Origin: Candidatus Latescibacterota bacterium
GTDB lineage: Bacteria > Latescibacterota > UBA2968 > GCA-2709665
NCBI GenBank assembly: GCA_965208835.1
Contig: OZ242358.1
Coordinates: 4,736,001-4,800,000 of the forward strand
Reading direction: 5' to 3'
DNA: 64,000 bases
Position 1 is the first letter of the stretch. Each line of letters starts with the position of its first letter. Shown one piece after another: positions 8,735 through 18,697 of the stretch. The translations under genes were made by a program, and so were the position numbers. The notes beneath the pieces were generated by a model. That model was not told where the DNA came from, did not search any database, and worked only from the letters and a program-made list of their open reading frames with translations.

Positions 8735-9928
8735 CTATTGCCCTGGGAAAGCCACCGGTTTCTTGATCATCTGCTGCTTCAACAACTGCATTTCCCGCTG
8801 CAGACGGAGCACTTCCCGAAACAGGGCCTGGTTGCTTTCCTGCATGCTAAGCTGTGACGAGACCGCAAGCGCGTCATAACCGGCCGCTGGGAATTGACCA
8901 GGTTCTACCGAGAGTTCGCCCAACTCCACACGGGGGGTGTCGGGCTGTTCACCTCTCTTGATTTTAATGCGAACCTCGGTTCCCGGAGGTGTGGAAAGGA
9001 CGAGGCTCTTAAGATGCTCGGCGCTTTCCACCTGATGCTCCTGGAACGAAATGATTAGATCACCCCGGAGAATGCCTCTCTTCGACGCGGGGCCGTTCGG
9101 CGCAATGCTATCGACCCGGACGCCGTGATAATCGGGATCGTACTCTCCGGTTACACCCAGCCATCCGTATACCGTCTGTGAACCGTCCAGAAGGCGTTGG
9201 GCGACACGAATTGCGCGGTTGACAGGTACTACGAATACGAAGTTTGTCTCCTGCATCATTCGGGCGCCCGGAGCCCCTTCGGGCAGAATACCGGACAATG
9301 GATCGAGCAACGCCCAGACCAGGCCAAGAATCTTACCAGTACTGCAGAATACCGGTGCGCCGCCAAAACTGAGATGCACCGGTGCCGCAACGTGTATCAG
9401 GTCCTGCGCGCGGTCAACCTTGTAAACAACCCCAATCGAAGGAGTCAGGTTTCCGAAACTGTTGCCCAGGATAAACGCATAGTGACCGATGCGGACCCTG
9501 TCGGAATTCCCGATAGCAATCGGTTTCAGCCCCTCGGCGTCAACCCGGATGACTGCTACTTCCGAAACCGGATCCGATGCGACGAAACGGGCGGGGAGAC
9601 GATGCCCCGTATCCAGGGTTACCCAGATTTCCTCGGCGTCTTTAACGGCACGAAGGACCGTGACGATGGTACCACTCGAATCCAGAACAAACCCGGTGCC
9701 ATGCATGAATCCCTTGCCGTACTGAAGCCCTTCCACGGCCCCTGTCTGGGTATAGCTAGCATGAATGCGGACGACGCCGGCCCGGTTCTTTTCCAGAATC
9801 TCGGCTCTTTCTTCTTCGATTCCTTTGAGCACGCTACCGGCACGGCAATCCGTCGCACCCGGACCGGACAAAAGGATTCCCACAACTATGGGAACCGTCC
9901 ACAGCGTTTTAGACCGTTTTGCTTTCAT
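8735..9928 (-). CDS. HtrA/DegS-like trypsin+PDZ protein, catalytic triad apparently absent
   Basis: Signal peptide, GTGFVL, IGNSDRVRIG, GWLGV PDZ motif; triad positions read R/E/G. Confidence 0.8.
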   Translation of the reverse strand: MKAKRSKTLWTVPIVVGILLSGPGATDCRAGSVLKGIEEERAEILEKNRAGVVRIHASYTQTGAVEGLQYGKGFMHGTGFVLDSSGTIVTVLRAVKDAEEIWVTLDTGHRLPARFVASDPVSEVAVIRVDAEGLKPIAIGNSDRVRIGHYAFILGNSFGNLTPSIGVVYKVDRAQDLIHVAAPVHLSFGGAPVFCSTGKILGLVWALLDPLSGILPEGAPGARMMQETNFVFVVPVNRAIRVAQRLLDGSQTVYGWLGVTGEYDPDYHGVRVDSIAPNGPASKRGILRGDLIISFQEHQVESAEHLKSLVLSTPPGTEVRIKIKRGEQPDTPRVELGELSVEPGQFPAAGYDALAVSSQLSMQESNQALFREVLRLQREMQLLKQQMIKKPVAFPGQ

Positions 9929-9961
9929 TGTTCTCGTAGGCTTTCTCTCCCGAAAGTTTCA

Positions 9962-10564
9962 CTAAAAAGACACCCGGCGCACGTTGGCCATGTGCCTGCC
10001 CGGCCGCGTGCGCACCGTTGACGCGGCCTTTGCGGAATCCGCCCGGCCTGCCAGGTAAGCTTGCTGTGAAACCGGATTGTACGTTTTCCGGGGCAGCATC
10101 TTCAGCGCCCCGCGCAGGTCCGCGGCAGGAAACGTTGAAGACGCTGGCGCAACCAGCGTCATCTGGTGTACACGATCCGTGGTGACCGCGCGCGTTGTCG
10201 GCGCCTCGTCCAGCCCCGTGGTCATGCCAAGCGCGATCAGCACGACGGCCGCGGCCGTTGCGAACGCTCTTGGCATGGTCGGAACGAATACGTCCGGCAG
10301 CCTGTTCCAGAACGAGGACTTTTGGGCCGCCTCCATCATCAGGCGGCTGCGCAATGCAAAATCGAATCCGGCGGACGGCCGTACGCGCGACATCCGGGCC
10401 AGCCGCCCGGTAAGGTCCCTGACCCCTTCCAGCGAACTGGCGCAGGTGGGGCATTCTTCCAGGTGGCGATCCATCTGCGTCTTCTTTGCGCCTGCTACCT
10501 CGTCTTCGAGATAGGCCGATAATCGGGCCGCAAACTCACCGCAAGTTATGTGACCCTTACCCAT
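9962..10564 (-). CDS. zinc-finger (zf-HC2/ZAS) membrane-anchored anti-sigma factor
   Basis: C...HLEECPTC motif, one TM segment AFATAAAVVLIALGM, GGAGG RBS, directly downstream of the ECF sigma. Confidence 0.85.
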   Translation of the reverse strand: MGKGHITCGEFAARLSAYLEDEVAGAKKTQMDRHLEECPTCASSLEGVRDLTGRLARMSRVRPSAGFDFALRSRLMMEAAQKSSFWNRLPDVFVPTMPRAFATAAAVVLIALGMTTGLDEAPTTRAVTTDRVHQMTLVAPASSTFPAADLRGALKMLPRKTYNPVSQQAYLAGRADSAKAASTVRTRPGRHMANVRRVSF

Positions 10565-10632
10565 ATATCTCCTCCAATGGTTCCATTTCAATTTACGAAT
10601 GCCCGTGTGTTTCGGAAGACGGGGTAACGCTG

Positions 10633-11238
10633 TCAGATCGCCAGCCCCACGTCCCTTCCCTCATTTTTCAGCTTCTGCTGCAATTTCAGTCGGGCCCTGT
10701 TCACGCGAGACTTTACCGTCCCCACCGGACACCGGCTGATCTCTGCAATCTCCTGGTAGGACAGCCCTTCAACGTCTCGAAGCAGGATGACCTGCCGGTA
10801 GTTTTCCGACAGAGACATGATCGCCCGATGAATCTGCACATCCGCGATCGAAGATTCCGTAATTCGATCGGGCCGGTAGGACTCGTCCGGCAATTCCATC
10901 CCCGTATCGCTCTCTTCATCCCGGTGAAGCGGAAACAGCCGCCAGCGTTTTCGACGTCTTAACTCGCTTTTGGCCAGGTTGCCGGCAATGGTAAACAGCC
11001 AGGTGGAGAAGTTCGCAATTGCCCGATATTCATTCCGCTTTCTATAAGCCCTGAGAAATGCCTCCTGAACGATATCTTCGGCGGTCTCCCGGTCTCCGAC
11101 AAATCGAAATACAAAATTGTAAAGCCTTCCTCTGTAACGATTTACAATCTTCCCATAAGCTTCGATGTCGCCGTTGGCAACATCAGTGAGAATATCGACA
11201 TCCGACGCTGCTCCGTTATCCGTGTTGACCATAAGCAT
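10633..11238 (-). CDS. ECF sigma factor (RpoE/SigW-like)
   Basis: AEDIVQEAF, FSTWLFTIA.N, GLSYQEIAE, GTVKSRVNRAR. Confidence 0.93.
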   Translation of the reverse strand: MLMVNTDNGAASDVDILTDVANGDIEAYGKIVNRYRGRLYNFVFRFVGDRETAEDIVQEAFLRAYRKRNEYRAIANFSTWLFTIAGNLAKSELRRRKRWRLFPLHRDEESDTGMELPDESYRPDRITESSIADVQIHRAIMSLSENYRQVILLRDVEGLSYQEIAEISRCPVGTVKSRVNRARLKLQQKLKNEGRDVGLAI

Positions 11239-11319
11239 GGTCTTTCCCCCCTTTCACCTGCTACACCCTCGGGAATGGGGTATACATAACCCACAATCCA
11301 GACAACCGCCTAACGCCCA

Positions 11320-11347
11320 TTAAACCCTCTGGATTGAGAAAGGTTCC
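11320..11347 (-). promoter_or_regulatory. candidate ECF autoregulatory promoter
   Basis: GGAACC-N16-GTTTAA about 80 nt upstream of the ECF gene; resembles sigmaE-type GGAAC...GTT/GTCTAA. Confidence 0.5.
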
Positions 11348-11516
11348 CGAAAAGCGAAAAATCGGAGCCGGTGCCCGGAACAAAGCCAACTTACACCTTG
11401 AAAGCGCTCGAAGACAGGATTGGCAGATCAAAAGATCCAAGGCTGGCAGTCCGTTGACGATAATTATCACTAAAGAAAACAGTCGAATAACCACGCCCTC
11501 GATCCGGTTTCTCCGC

Positions 11517-11571
11517 TTGACTTCCGCTTTGGATGTGGTATAATTATAGCCGCTCCATCTAGGAATTGCAA
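11517..11571. promoter_or_regulatory. overlapping divergent sigma70 promoters (acs and ECF operon)
   Basis: + strand TTGACT-N16-TATAAT with extended TG (11517-11544); - strand TTGCAA-N17-TATAAT (11571-11543); shared palindrome TATAATTATA. Confidence 0.55.
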
Positions 11572-11616
11572 GACCTGCTTTTAGAAGCTGTTTTAATCCG
11601 AAAGAAGGGGTTTTCA

Positions 11617-13617
11617 ATGGCGGCATATCCAGACCGGACTCTCGAGCAGGGCGGACGATATATCCCGCCCCGGGACCTCAGCACGCAAGCCCATGTAGGT
11701 AGTTTCGATGAATACCAGCGGCGGTATCGGGAATCCATAAGAGACGTCGAAGCATTCTGGGCGGACGTGGCGGAAGACTTCCACTGGTTCAGAAAATGGG
11801 ACAATGTCCGCGCGTATAACTACAACGTCGACGAGGGTCCTGTTTCCATCAGATGGTTCGAAGGGGCGAAGACGAGCATTGTCTACAATTGTCTGGACCG
11901 CCACCTCGAAACGCGCGGGGATCAGCTTGCGATCATCTGGGAAGGCAACGAACCGGGTGAAGACGGCAGGCTAACCTACCGGGAACTCCATCGGCAGGTC
12001 TGCAAGTTCGCCAACGTGCTGAAGTCACGCGGGGTGAAGAAAGGAGACCGCGTTTCCATTTACATGCCAATGATCCCCGAACTGGCGATCGCTATGCTCG
12101 CCTGCGCCAGGATCGGCGCCGTTCACTCCATCGTCTTCGGCGGTTTTTCCGCGGATGCGCTTGCCGACCGCATTGTCGATTCCACCTGCCAGGTTGTGAT
12201 TACGACCGACGGCATGTTTCGGGGCGACAGACCGATGGAGCGCAAGGCATTTGCCGATAACGCCATTGCGAATGCCGATGGACGCATGGACGGAAGAACC
12301 GTAGATACCTGCATCGTCGTCCGTCGGGTGGGCGAACATGCGGACATTTCCTGCCCCATGCAGGAGGGCAGGGACATCTGGTGGCACGACGCGATGGAAA
12401 ACGCCAGCCCGGATTGTCCCTGTGAGGAAATGGACGCCGAAGACCCGCTTTACATCCTTTATACGTCTGGGTCGACGGGGAAACCCAAAGGGGTGCAGCA
12501 CAACGTGGCCGGCTATATGGTTTACACCGCCTACACCCACAAGAACATCTTCGACTACCACGATGGCGACATCTACTTCTGTGCCGCCGACATCGGCTGG
12601 GTTACCGGACATTCGTACATCATCTACGGACCGTTGGCAAACGGCGCGACGACGGTTATGTTCGAAAGCACCCCCGTGTATCCGGATCCGGGGCGTTACT
12701 GGCAGGTTATCGATAAATACAAAGTCAATCAGTTCTATACGGCCCCCACGGCGATCCGGGCGGTTGCAAAAGAGGGAGAAGCGTGGCCGGCCAAATACAA
12801 CCTTTCGTCTCTGAAGCTTCTGGGGACCGTTGGCGAACCGATCAACCCGGAAGCCTGGCTATGGTACCACAACAACGTGGGTAGAGGCCGCTGCCCGATC
12901 GTCGACACATGGTGGCAAACCGAGACCGGCGGCATCCTCATCACACCGCTTCCTGGCGCAACGGCCACGAAGCCCGGCTCTGCGACCTTTCCGTTCTTCG
13001 GCATAAAACCCGTCGTACTCGATCCGGAGTCCGGCACCGAACTGGACGGCAACGACGTCAGCGGCGTACTGGCGATCGCGGAGCCATGGCCGGGGCAGAT
13101 GCGCACGGTTTACGGCGACCACAAACGTTTCGAGGAAACGTACTTCCATCAATACAAGGGATACTATTTCACCGGAGACGGCTGCCGCAGAGACGAAGAC
13201 GGCTATTACTGGATCACCGGGCGGGTGGATGACGTCATCAATATCTCCGGGCACCGCATGGGCACCGCCGAAGTCGAGTCCGCCCTTGTCTCTCACGACG
13301 GCGTGGCCGAAGCCGCCGTCGTGGGCTTCCCCCACGAAATCAAGGGTCAGGGTATCTACGCCTATGTAACACTGAACGTCGGCGTGGAATACATCGATGC
13401 ATTGAAGGACGAACTGAAGGCATGGGTTCGAAAAGAGATCGGTCCTATCGCCACACCTGACGTCATCCATTGGGCGCCGGGATTGCCCAAGACGCGGTCC
13501 GGCAAGATTATGCGCCGTATCCTGCGGAAAATTGCCGCCGACGATACCGGCGATCTCGGTGACACGTCAACGCTCGCGGAACCGGCGGTCGTGGATCAGC
13601 TCCTGGAGAATCGCTAG
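11617..13617 (+). CDS. acs: acetate--CoA ligase
   Basis: [33 protein letters not shown]. Confidence 0.97.
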   Translation: MAAYPDRTLEQGGRYIPPRDLSTQAHVGSFDEYQRRYRESIRDVEAFWADVAEDFHWFRKWDNVRAYNYNVDEGPVSIRWFEGAKTSIVYNCLDRHLETRGDQLAIIWEGNEPGEDGRLTYRELHRQVCKFANVLKSRGVKKGDRVSIYMPMIPELAIAMLACARIGAVHSIVFGGFSADALADRIVDSTCQVVITTDGMFRGDRPMERKAFADNAIANADGRMDGRTVDTCIVVRRVGEHADISCPMQEGRDIWWHDAMENASPDCPCEEMDAEDPLYILYTSGSTGKPKGVQHNVAGYMVYTAYTHKNIFDYHDGDIYFCAADIGWVTGHSYIIYGPLANGATTVMFESTPVYPDPGRYWQVIDKYKVNQFYTAPTAIRAVAKEGEAWPAKYNLSSLKLLGTVGEPINPEAWLWYHNNVGRGRCPIVDTWWQTETGGILITPLPGATATKPGSATFPFFGIKPVVLDPESGTELDGNDVSGVLAIAEPWPGQMRTVYGDHKRFEETYFHQYKGYYFTGDGCRRDEDGYYWITGRVDDVINISGHRMGTAEVESALVSHDGVAEAAVVGFPHEIKGQGIYAYVTLNVGVEYIDALKDELKAWVRKEIGPIATPDVIHWAPGLPKTRSGKIMRRILRKIAADDTGDLGDTSTLAEPAVVDQLLENR

Positions 13618-13641
13618 CAATCGGAATTGATTGCGCAAATA

Positions 13642-13669
13642 CAAGAGGGAGCCTTCCGGCTCCCTCTTG
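13642..13669 (+). terminator. hairpin/terminator after acs
   Basis: CAAGAGGGAGCC-TTCC-GGCTCCCTCTTG. Confidence 0.6.
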
Positions 13670-13698
13670 ACATTTATATGGAAAAGGTCCCGCTCTCC

Positions 13699-14439
13699 AT
13701 GACCGCCCTGCCCCGGAAATCCGTGCTTCTGCTCTCCGGAGGGATGGATTCCACCACGCTGCTCTGGTGGATGCGAGACCGTGGTATTTCAGAGATCCAC
13801 ACTGTTTCGATCGACTATGGCCAGCGCCACGCTGTTGAGCTCGAATTCAGCTCAAGCCTTTCCAGGTTGGCCGATGCGGACTCCCACCGCTGTTTCAAGG
13901 TCGATCTCCGGCAGATCGGCGGGAATCCCCTCACGGAAATCGGGTGCCCCGTTCCCACGGCGGAACAGGATCAACAGACGCTGACCGTCGTGCCTTTCCG
14001 CAACCTGCTCTTCGTCACGGTAGCAGCCGCCTGGGCAGAGATGAGGGGCTGCAATGATCTCTTTCTCTCGCCAGTGCGGGACGATTTTCAGATCTACCGG
14101 GACTGCCGCCGCGAATTTTACGACATGCTGGAAAAAACCCTGTGCCTGGGCGCCACGCGGCAGACCGACTACCGTGTTCATACCCCGTTTGTGGAGAAAT
14201 GGAAAGACGAAATCGTGAGCATGGGCCTGGACCTGGGGGTGCCCTACGCAGAGACCCACACCTGCTATGAAGGCAGACGCCCCGCCTGCGGCCGTTGCGA
14301 CGCTTGCGTGGAACGCATCAATGCCTTTCGGGCCAATCGCACCGCGGATCCCCTGGCTTACGAAATCGACGTCGACTGGACAACGTCCCGGCCGCCGCAT
14401 CAACGACCGGCCCGCGGGACGACCTCTCGAACCGATTAG
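13699..14439 (+). CDS. queC: 7-cyano-7-deazaguanine synthase
   Basis: SGGMDS, DYGQRH, VPFRN, TCY..CGRCDAC. Confidence 0.92.
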   Translation: MTALPRKSVLLLSGGMDSTTLLWWMRDRGISEIHTVSIDYGQRHAVELEFSSSLSRLADADSHRCFKVDLRQIGGNPLTEIGCPVPTAEQDQQTLTVVPFRNLLFVTVAAAWAEMRGCNDLFLSPVRDDFQIYRDCRREFYDMLEKTLCLGATRQTDYRVHTPFVEKWKDEIVSMGLDLGVPYAETHTCYEGRRPACGRCDACVERINAFRANRTADPLAYEIDVDWTTSRPPHQRPARGTTSRTD

Positions 14440-15485
14440 GCGTTCTTCAATGCGGTCACGGTGTCGATGAGACGCCGGTCCGCATTGTATCGGAGCTGGA
14501 GTATGTGAACGAGCTTCTCGGGACTGGCGTCCCGGGACGTCAACCGATAGACCTCAAGTCTGTCCGCCAGTGCGTTTATCACCATATCGAGCAGGATGAG
14601 ATCCGATGCATCGTCCTCGACCATACACTCGTCGGCCAGCACGCGGCGAACCACCTTCAGGCGATCCCGCAACGCTTCCTCGTCTATCTCGTCGACCTTT
14701 TTCCGACTGACCAGCGGGGTGGAAAGCGTCGCCAGAAAACCGTCGCTCAGGTATTTTCGGGCTTTTTCTTCAGTCCAGGTGTCCGCCAGGATTTCCATGA
14801 CGGACTGTGGGATCCGCTCAGCCCGCTCCCGGCTTTCCGCGCCCCCCCCACCGTCGTTCTGACGACGGGGCTGTCGGCGCCGTCTCGTCCGGCGTTGTTC
14901 CTGTGAAGCGCCTCTGGCGGGAGACTCCTGCGTCCTTTCAGCCGTGGCTTCCGAGGGCGCGCCCGCTGCCGAATCGGGTGGTGAAGGCGCTGCGGCCTCC
15001 GTGGTCTCCGCTGCAGGCTCCACAACGGATTCACTGGCGTTCGCCGGCTCAGGGGGCGTGGCTCCCTCAGCAGCCGTTTCTGACGGCTCCTCCGTCTTTT
15101 CAGCCTCTTTCCCGGTTTGATTCTGCTGCTTGTCTCCCGTTTTCGCGCGTGTCGTGGGCTTCGCGGATTTTGTCGATGCCCTCGTCCGTTTCGCGGGCCG
15201 TCGGGATATCACGCGCTTCTCAGGAACCTCCGCTGTTTTCCCGGTTGACTCATCTGCGTCTTCCGGGGCGTCGGCGTCGGGTGTCTCCTTCTTTTCATCC
15301 ACCGATGCTGCCCGGCTTCGAGTTGTCCTTGCCGGTTTTTTGCTGCCGGCCCGAGTACGCCTGGCGGGCCGCCGTGACACCACGCGTCTTTCGGAGCCCT
15401 TGGCTTCTTCCTTCTTCTCCCCGTCCGGGGATTCGGAAACGGGTTGCTCGTTCTCCTCGGTTGGGGAATCCTGAATAACGTCCAT
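14436..15485 (-). CDS. hypothetical protein with long disordered N-terminus and helical C-terminal domain
   Basis: GGGAGG RBS before ATG 15485; duplicated basic repeat; ordered C-terminal ~110 aa. Confidence 0.75.
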   Translation of the reverse strand: MDVIQDSPTEENEQPVSESPDGEKKEEAKGSERRVVSRRPARRTRAGSKKPARTTRSRAASVDEKKETPDADAPEDADESTGKTAEVPEKRVISRRPAKRTRASTKSAKPTTRAKTGDKQQNQTGKEAEKTEEPSETAAEGATPPEPANASESVVEPAAETTEAAAPSPPDSAAGAPSEATAERTQESPARGASQEQRRTRRRRQPRRQNDGGGGAESRERAERIPQSVMEILADTWTEEKARKYLSDGFLATLSTPLVSRKKVDEIDEEALRDRLKVVRRVLADECMVEDDASDLILLDMVINALADRLEVYRLTSRDASPEKLVHILQLRYNADRRLIDTVTALKNA

Positions 15486-15581
15486 ATACCTCCCTTCGGG
15501 CCGCAGACGAAGCATTACCGGCCGTTTCGTCTCCAACCCTCCTCAACATTTAACCTGCCCGATAACATCAAGGCGACGCAC

Positions 15582-15776
15582 TAACCTTGATTCGTAGTTT
15601 TTCGGGAACGTAAAACCGAATATATGCAAGTTGATACAGGCGATTCGGCTTCGGATTACCAGAATACACCGGGTCACTGGACGTGAACTGAAAAAACGTC
15701 CTTTTGGACTACCCTTACGCCCCGTTTCAGGGGATCTTGGTCGCGCCGTCGCGTTGCTGTTTTTTTGGAATTGGAG
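15582..15776 (-). promoter_or_regulatory. conserved ~190-nt non-coding leader element, copy 1
   Basis: Core 15582-15700 matches 44024-44142 at 95/119 positions without gaps (hand count). Confidence 0.7.
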
Positions 15777-15812
15777 CTAATATAAGCAAATATGATGATG
15801 ATTTACCAGACG

Positions 15813-15842
15813 AAAAAAGGCCGGCCGTTATCGGCCGACCTT
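15813..15842 (-). terminator. intrinsic terminator of groEL
   Basis: AAGGTCGGCCGA-TA-ACGGCCGGCC followed by T6 on the minus strand. Confidence 0.75.
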
Positions 15843-15868
15843 CGAACAGCTGCCCGATGTAACGGCCA

Positions 15869-17497
15869 TTAAAAGTGATCGTGACCGTGGCCGTGACCCT
15901 GGGGCTCTTTTTCTTCTTCCGGAACTTCCGTTACCAGTGCCTCCGTTGTCAGCAGAAGCCCGGCGATGCTCGCCGCATTCTCAACCGCGGAACGCACGAC
16001 CTTGGTGGGATCCGCCACGCCGGATTCGATCAGGTCTTCGTAGGTTTCGGTAAGCGCGTTGAACCCGAAGGCGCCATCTCCCTCCTTCACCCGCTGCACA
16101 ACAAGGCTGCCTTCGTGGCCCGCGTTATCGGCAATTTTCCTGAGCGGCGCCTCCAGCGCCTTGTTCAGAAGGTCCACGCCCGTTTTCTGATCTCCGCGAA
16201 CCCGGCTGCGCACCGTATCCAGCGACGACATACACCGCACGAGGGCGACGCCGCCACCAGGAACGATGCCTTCCTCCACGGCCGCCCGGGTCGCGTGCAG
16301 GGCATCTTCCACCCTCGCCTTTTTCTCCTTCATTTCGGTTTCGGTCGCGGCGCCGACGTTCACCACGGCCACTCCGCCGGCAAGCTTTGCGAGCCGCTCC
16401 TGAAGTTTTTCCCTGTCGTAGTCCGAGGTCGTTTCCTCGATCTGCATGCGGATCTGGCTGACACGCCCCTGTATGTCGTCGGTTGCGCCGGCGCCTTCGA
16501 CGATTGTCGTATTGTCCTTGTCGATCACGATCCGCTTGGCCTGCCCAAGATCGTCGAGTTGGATATTCTCCAGTTTTATGCCCAGATCTTCCGAAATCAC
16601 TCTACCGCCGGTGAGAATGGCAATATCCGCAAGCATCTCGTTCCGTCTGTCGCCGTATCCGGGAGCCTTCACCGCCGCCGCTTTAATGGTCCCCCGGACT
16701 TTGTTCACGACAAATGTTGCAAGCGCCTCACCCTCAACGTCTTCGGCGATCACCAGCAGCGCCCTGCCCGTTTGAGCCGTCTTCTCAAGCAAAGGCAGAA
16801 GGTCTTTCATGTTAGACAGTTTCTTCTCGTAGATGAGGAGGTAGGCATCTTCCAGAGCCGCTTCCATGTTGTCCTGGTCGGTCACGAAGTACGGTGAAAT
16901 ATATCCCCGGTCGAACTGCATGCCTTCTACGACGTCGAGCGTCGTCTCTATCGACTTGGCCTCCTCGACCGTAATCGTACCGTCTTTACCCACCTTTTCC
17001 ATGGAATCCGCAATTATGTCACCAATGCCACTGTCGTTGTTGGCTGAGATCGTCGCCACCTGCGCGATTTCTCTTCGACCCGTGACTTCCTGTGACTGTT
17101 TCTTCAAAGCCGAGGTCACGGCCGACACACCCTGATCGATTCCCCGCTTGATATCCATGGGATTGGCGCCAGCCGTTACGTTCTTGAGGCCCTCGCGGTA
17201 AATGGCCTCCGCCAGTACCGTTGCCGTGGTGGTGCCGTCGCCTGCCACGTCGGAGGTCTTGGAGGCGACTTCCTTCACCATCTGAGCGCCCATATTCTCG
17301 TAAGGGTCCGGCAGTTCGATCTCCTTGGCCACCGTTACCCCGTCTTTGGTAACGGTAGGCGAACCCCACTTCTTGCCCAGAACCACATTTCGCCCGCGCG
17401 GGCCCAGCGTGGCCTTGACTGCCTTGCTCAGAATGTCCACACCGTCCAAAACCTTTGACCGGGCGTCGATCCCGTAGCTCAGTTGCTTGGCTGGCAT
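15869..17497 (-). CDS. groL: chaperonin GroEL with His-rich C-terminal tail
   Basis: [37 protein letters not shown]; ends GHGHGHDHF. Confidence 0.98.
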   Translation of the reverse strand: MPAKQLSYGIDARSKVLDGVDILSKAVKATLGPRGRNVVLGKKWGSPTVTKDGVTVAKEIELPDPYENMGAQMVKEVASKTSDVAGDGTTTATVLAEAIYREGLKNVTAGANPMDIKRGIDQGVSAVTSALKKQSQEVTGRREIAQVATISANNDSGIGDIIADSMEKVGKDGTITVEEAKSIETTLDVVEGMQFDRGYISPYFVTDQDNMEAALEDAYLLIYEKKLSNMKDLLPLLEKTAQTGRALLVIAEDVEGEALATFVVNKVRGTIKAAAVKAPGYGDRRNEMLADIAILTGGRVISEDLGIKLENIQLDDLGQAKRIVIDKDNTTIVEGAGATDDIQGRVSQIRMQIEETTSDYDREKLQERLAKLAGGVAVVNVGAATETEMKEKKARVEDALHATRAAVEEGIVPGGGVALVRCMSSLDTVRSRVRGDQKTGVDLLNKALEAPLRKIADNAGHEGSLVVQRVKEGDGAFGFNALTETYEDLIESGVADPTKVVRSAVENAASIAGLLLTTEALVTEVPEEEKEPQGHGHGHDHF

Positions 17498-17629
17498 TTT
17501 TGTCCTCCTGTAAACGCTAGTGAATGATAGCTCGTTGGATCCGGATCCATGGGCGACATTTCCGGCTCGTAATCGCCCGTCCCCATCTTAAAGGGATTGA
17601 CTCACGATTTCCATGTCACGCCGGATTCT

Positions 17630-17920
17630 CTATTCAAGAATACCCAAAATGTCGTCTTCAGAAGCAATCACCAGTTCTTCTCCGTCGACCTCGACCTCAT
17701 TCCCCGCATACTGGCCGATCAGAACGCGATTGCCCGCATTTACCGACACCGGTATCGGATCGCCCGTCTTGTCATTGACTTTCCCGGGACCCACCGCGAC
17801 CACTTCGGCTTCGAGAGGTTTTTCTTTGGCCGTGTCGGGAATGATGATGCCGCCGTGAACCTGTTCGTCCGCTTCAATCCGCCTGAGAAGCACCCGGTCG
17901 GCCAGAGGCTTCACCGTCAT
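17630..17920 (-). CDS. groS: co-chaperonin GroES
   Basis: KPLADRV, GGIIIPDTAKEKP, VVAVGPG; GGAGG RBS. Confidence 0.97.
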   Translation of the reverse strand: MTVKPLADRVLLRRIEADEQVHGGIIIPDTAKEKPLEAEVVAVGPGKVNDKTGDPIPVSVNAGNRVLIGQYAGNEVEVDGEELVIASEDDILGILE

Positions 17921-17986
17921 CCGCCCCTCCTTCACGAGAATATAACTCACATTAACTTATTAAATTATATATATTTTCGCCAACAA

Positions 17987-18013
17987 TTAGCACTCAAAAC
18001 AATCGAGTGCTAA
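17987..18013. promoter_or_regulatory. CIRCE element (HrcA operator)
   Basis: Perfect TTAGCACTC-N9-GAGTGCTAA; minus-strand promoter TTGCGC-N17-TATATT at 18049-18021 just upstream. Confidence 0.97.
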
Positions 18014-18147
18014 CAGCACCAATATACATGCTTCGGCTTCCTGGCGCAAGGACAAATTCCGCAGAATAAGAAAAAGCGCATTACGAATTGTAATGCGCCT
18101 CGGGCAATATCGGGTGCGTCTGCTAATGCATGTCCGCAATGGTCCTC

Positions 18148-18624
18148 TTATGGTATGGATCGCTTCAGCTGTTGTTTCTTTCGCGCGATCCGTTTCTCCA
18201 GGTGCTCTATTTCAGCCTCCAGGAGTTCGGGACGATCCAGATCGTCATCTTCTTCAGGCGCCGGCGGCTGTTCCGACGGCAGGCCGGCGTCCGCCCAGTC
18301 CTCGTACCCGCCGGCCATCGAAATCACCCGCGCATAACCCAATTCCTTCAACGCATCCGCAGCCAGAAGCGAACGCACTCCGCCGGCGCAATACACCACC
18401 ACTTCCCGGGACTTGTCCGGAATGGAGGATTCAGCCTCAGCTTCGAGACGGCCTCGCGGAATGTGAACCGCTCCCCGCAGATGACCCGACTCCCATTCAT
18501 CCATTTCGCGCACATCCAGCAGAACCGGGCTCGCACCGCTTTCCAGATGATTGTGAACCTCCTGCACGCTCATCTCCGGAATCACGCCGCGGGCCTCACT
18601 CAACAGGTCATCTCGGGATTTCAT
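18148..18624 (-). CDS. rhodanese-domain sulfurtransferase with acidic linker and coiled-coil tail
   Basis: LLDVRE..EW..GHL.GA, active site CAGGVRS, MAGG..DW. Confidence 0.85.
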   Translation of the reverse strand: MKSRDDLLSEARGVIPEMSVQEVHNHLESGASPVLLDVREMDEWESGHLRGAVHIPRGRLEAEAESSIPDKSREVVVYCAGGVRSLLAADALKELGYARVISMAGGYEDWADAGLPSEQPPAPEEDDDLDRPELLEAEIEHLEKRIARKKQQLKRSIP

Positions 18625-18697
18625 CGCCTGAAAGCTCCTATGCGTTGTATTGGCCGGGTCTCTCATTGAACGGAGCTGACCCGACCGGCGTGGCGGT

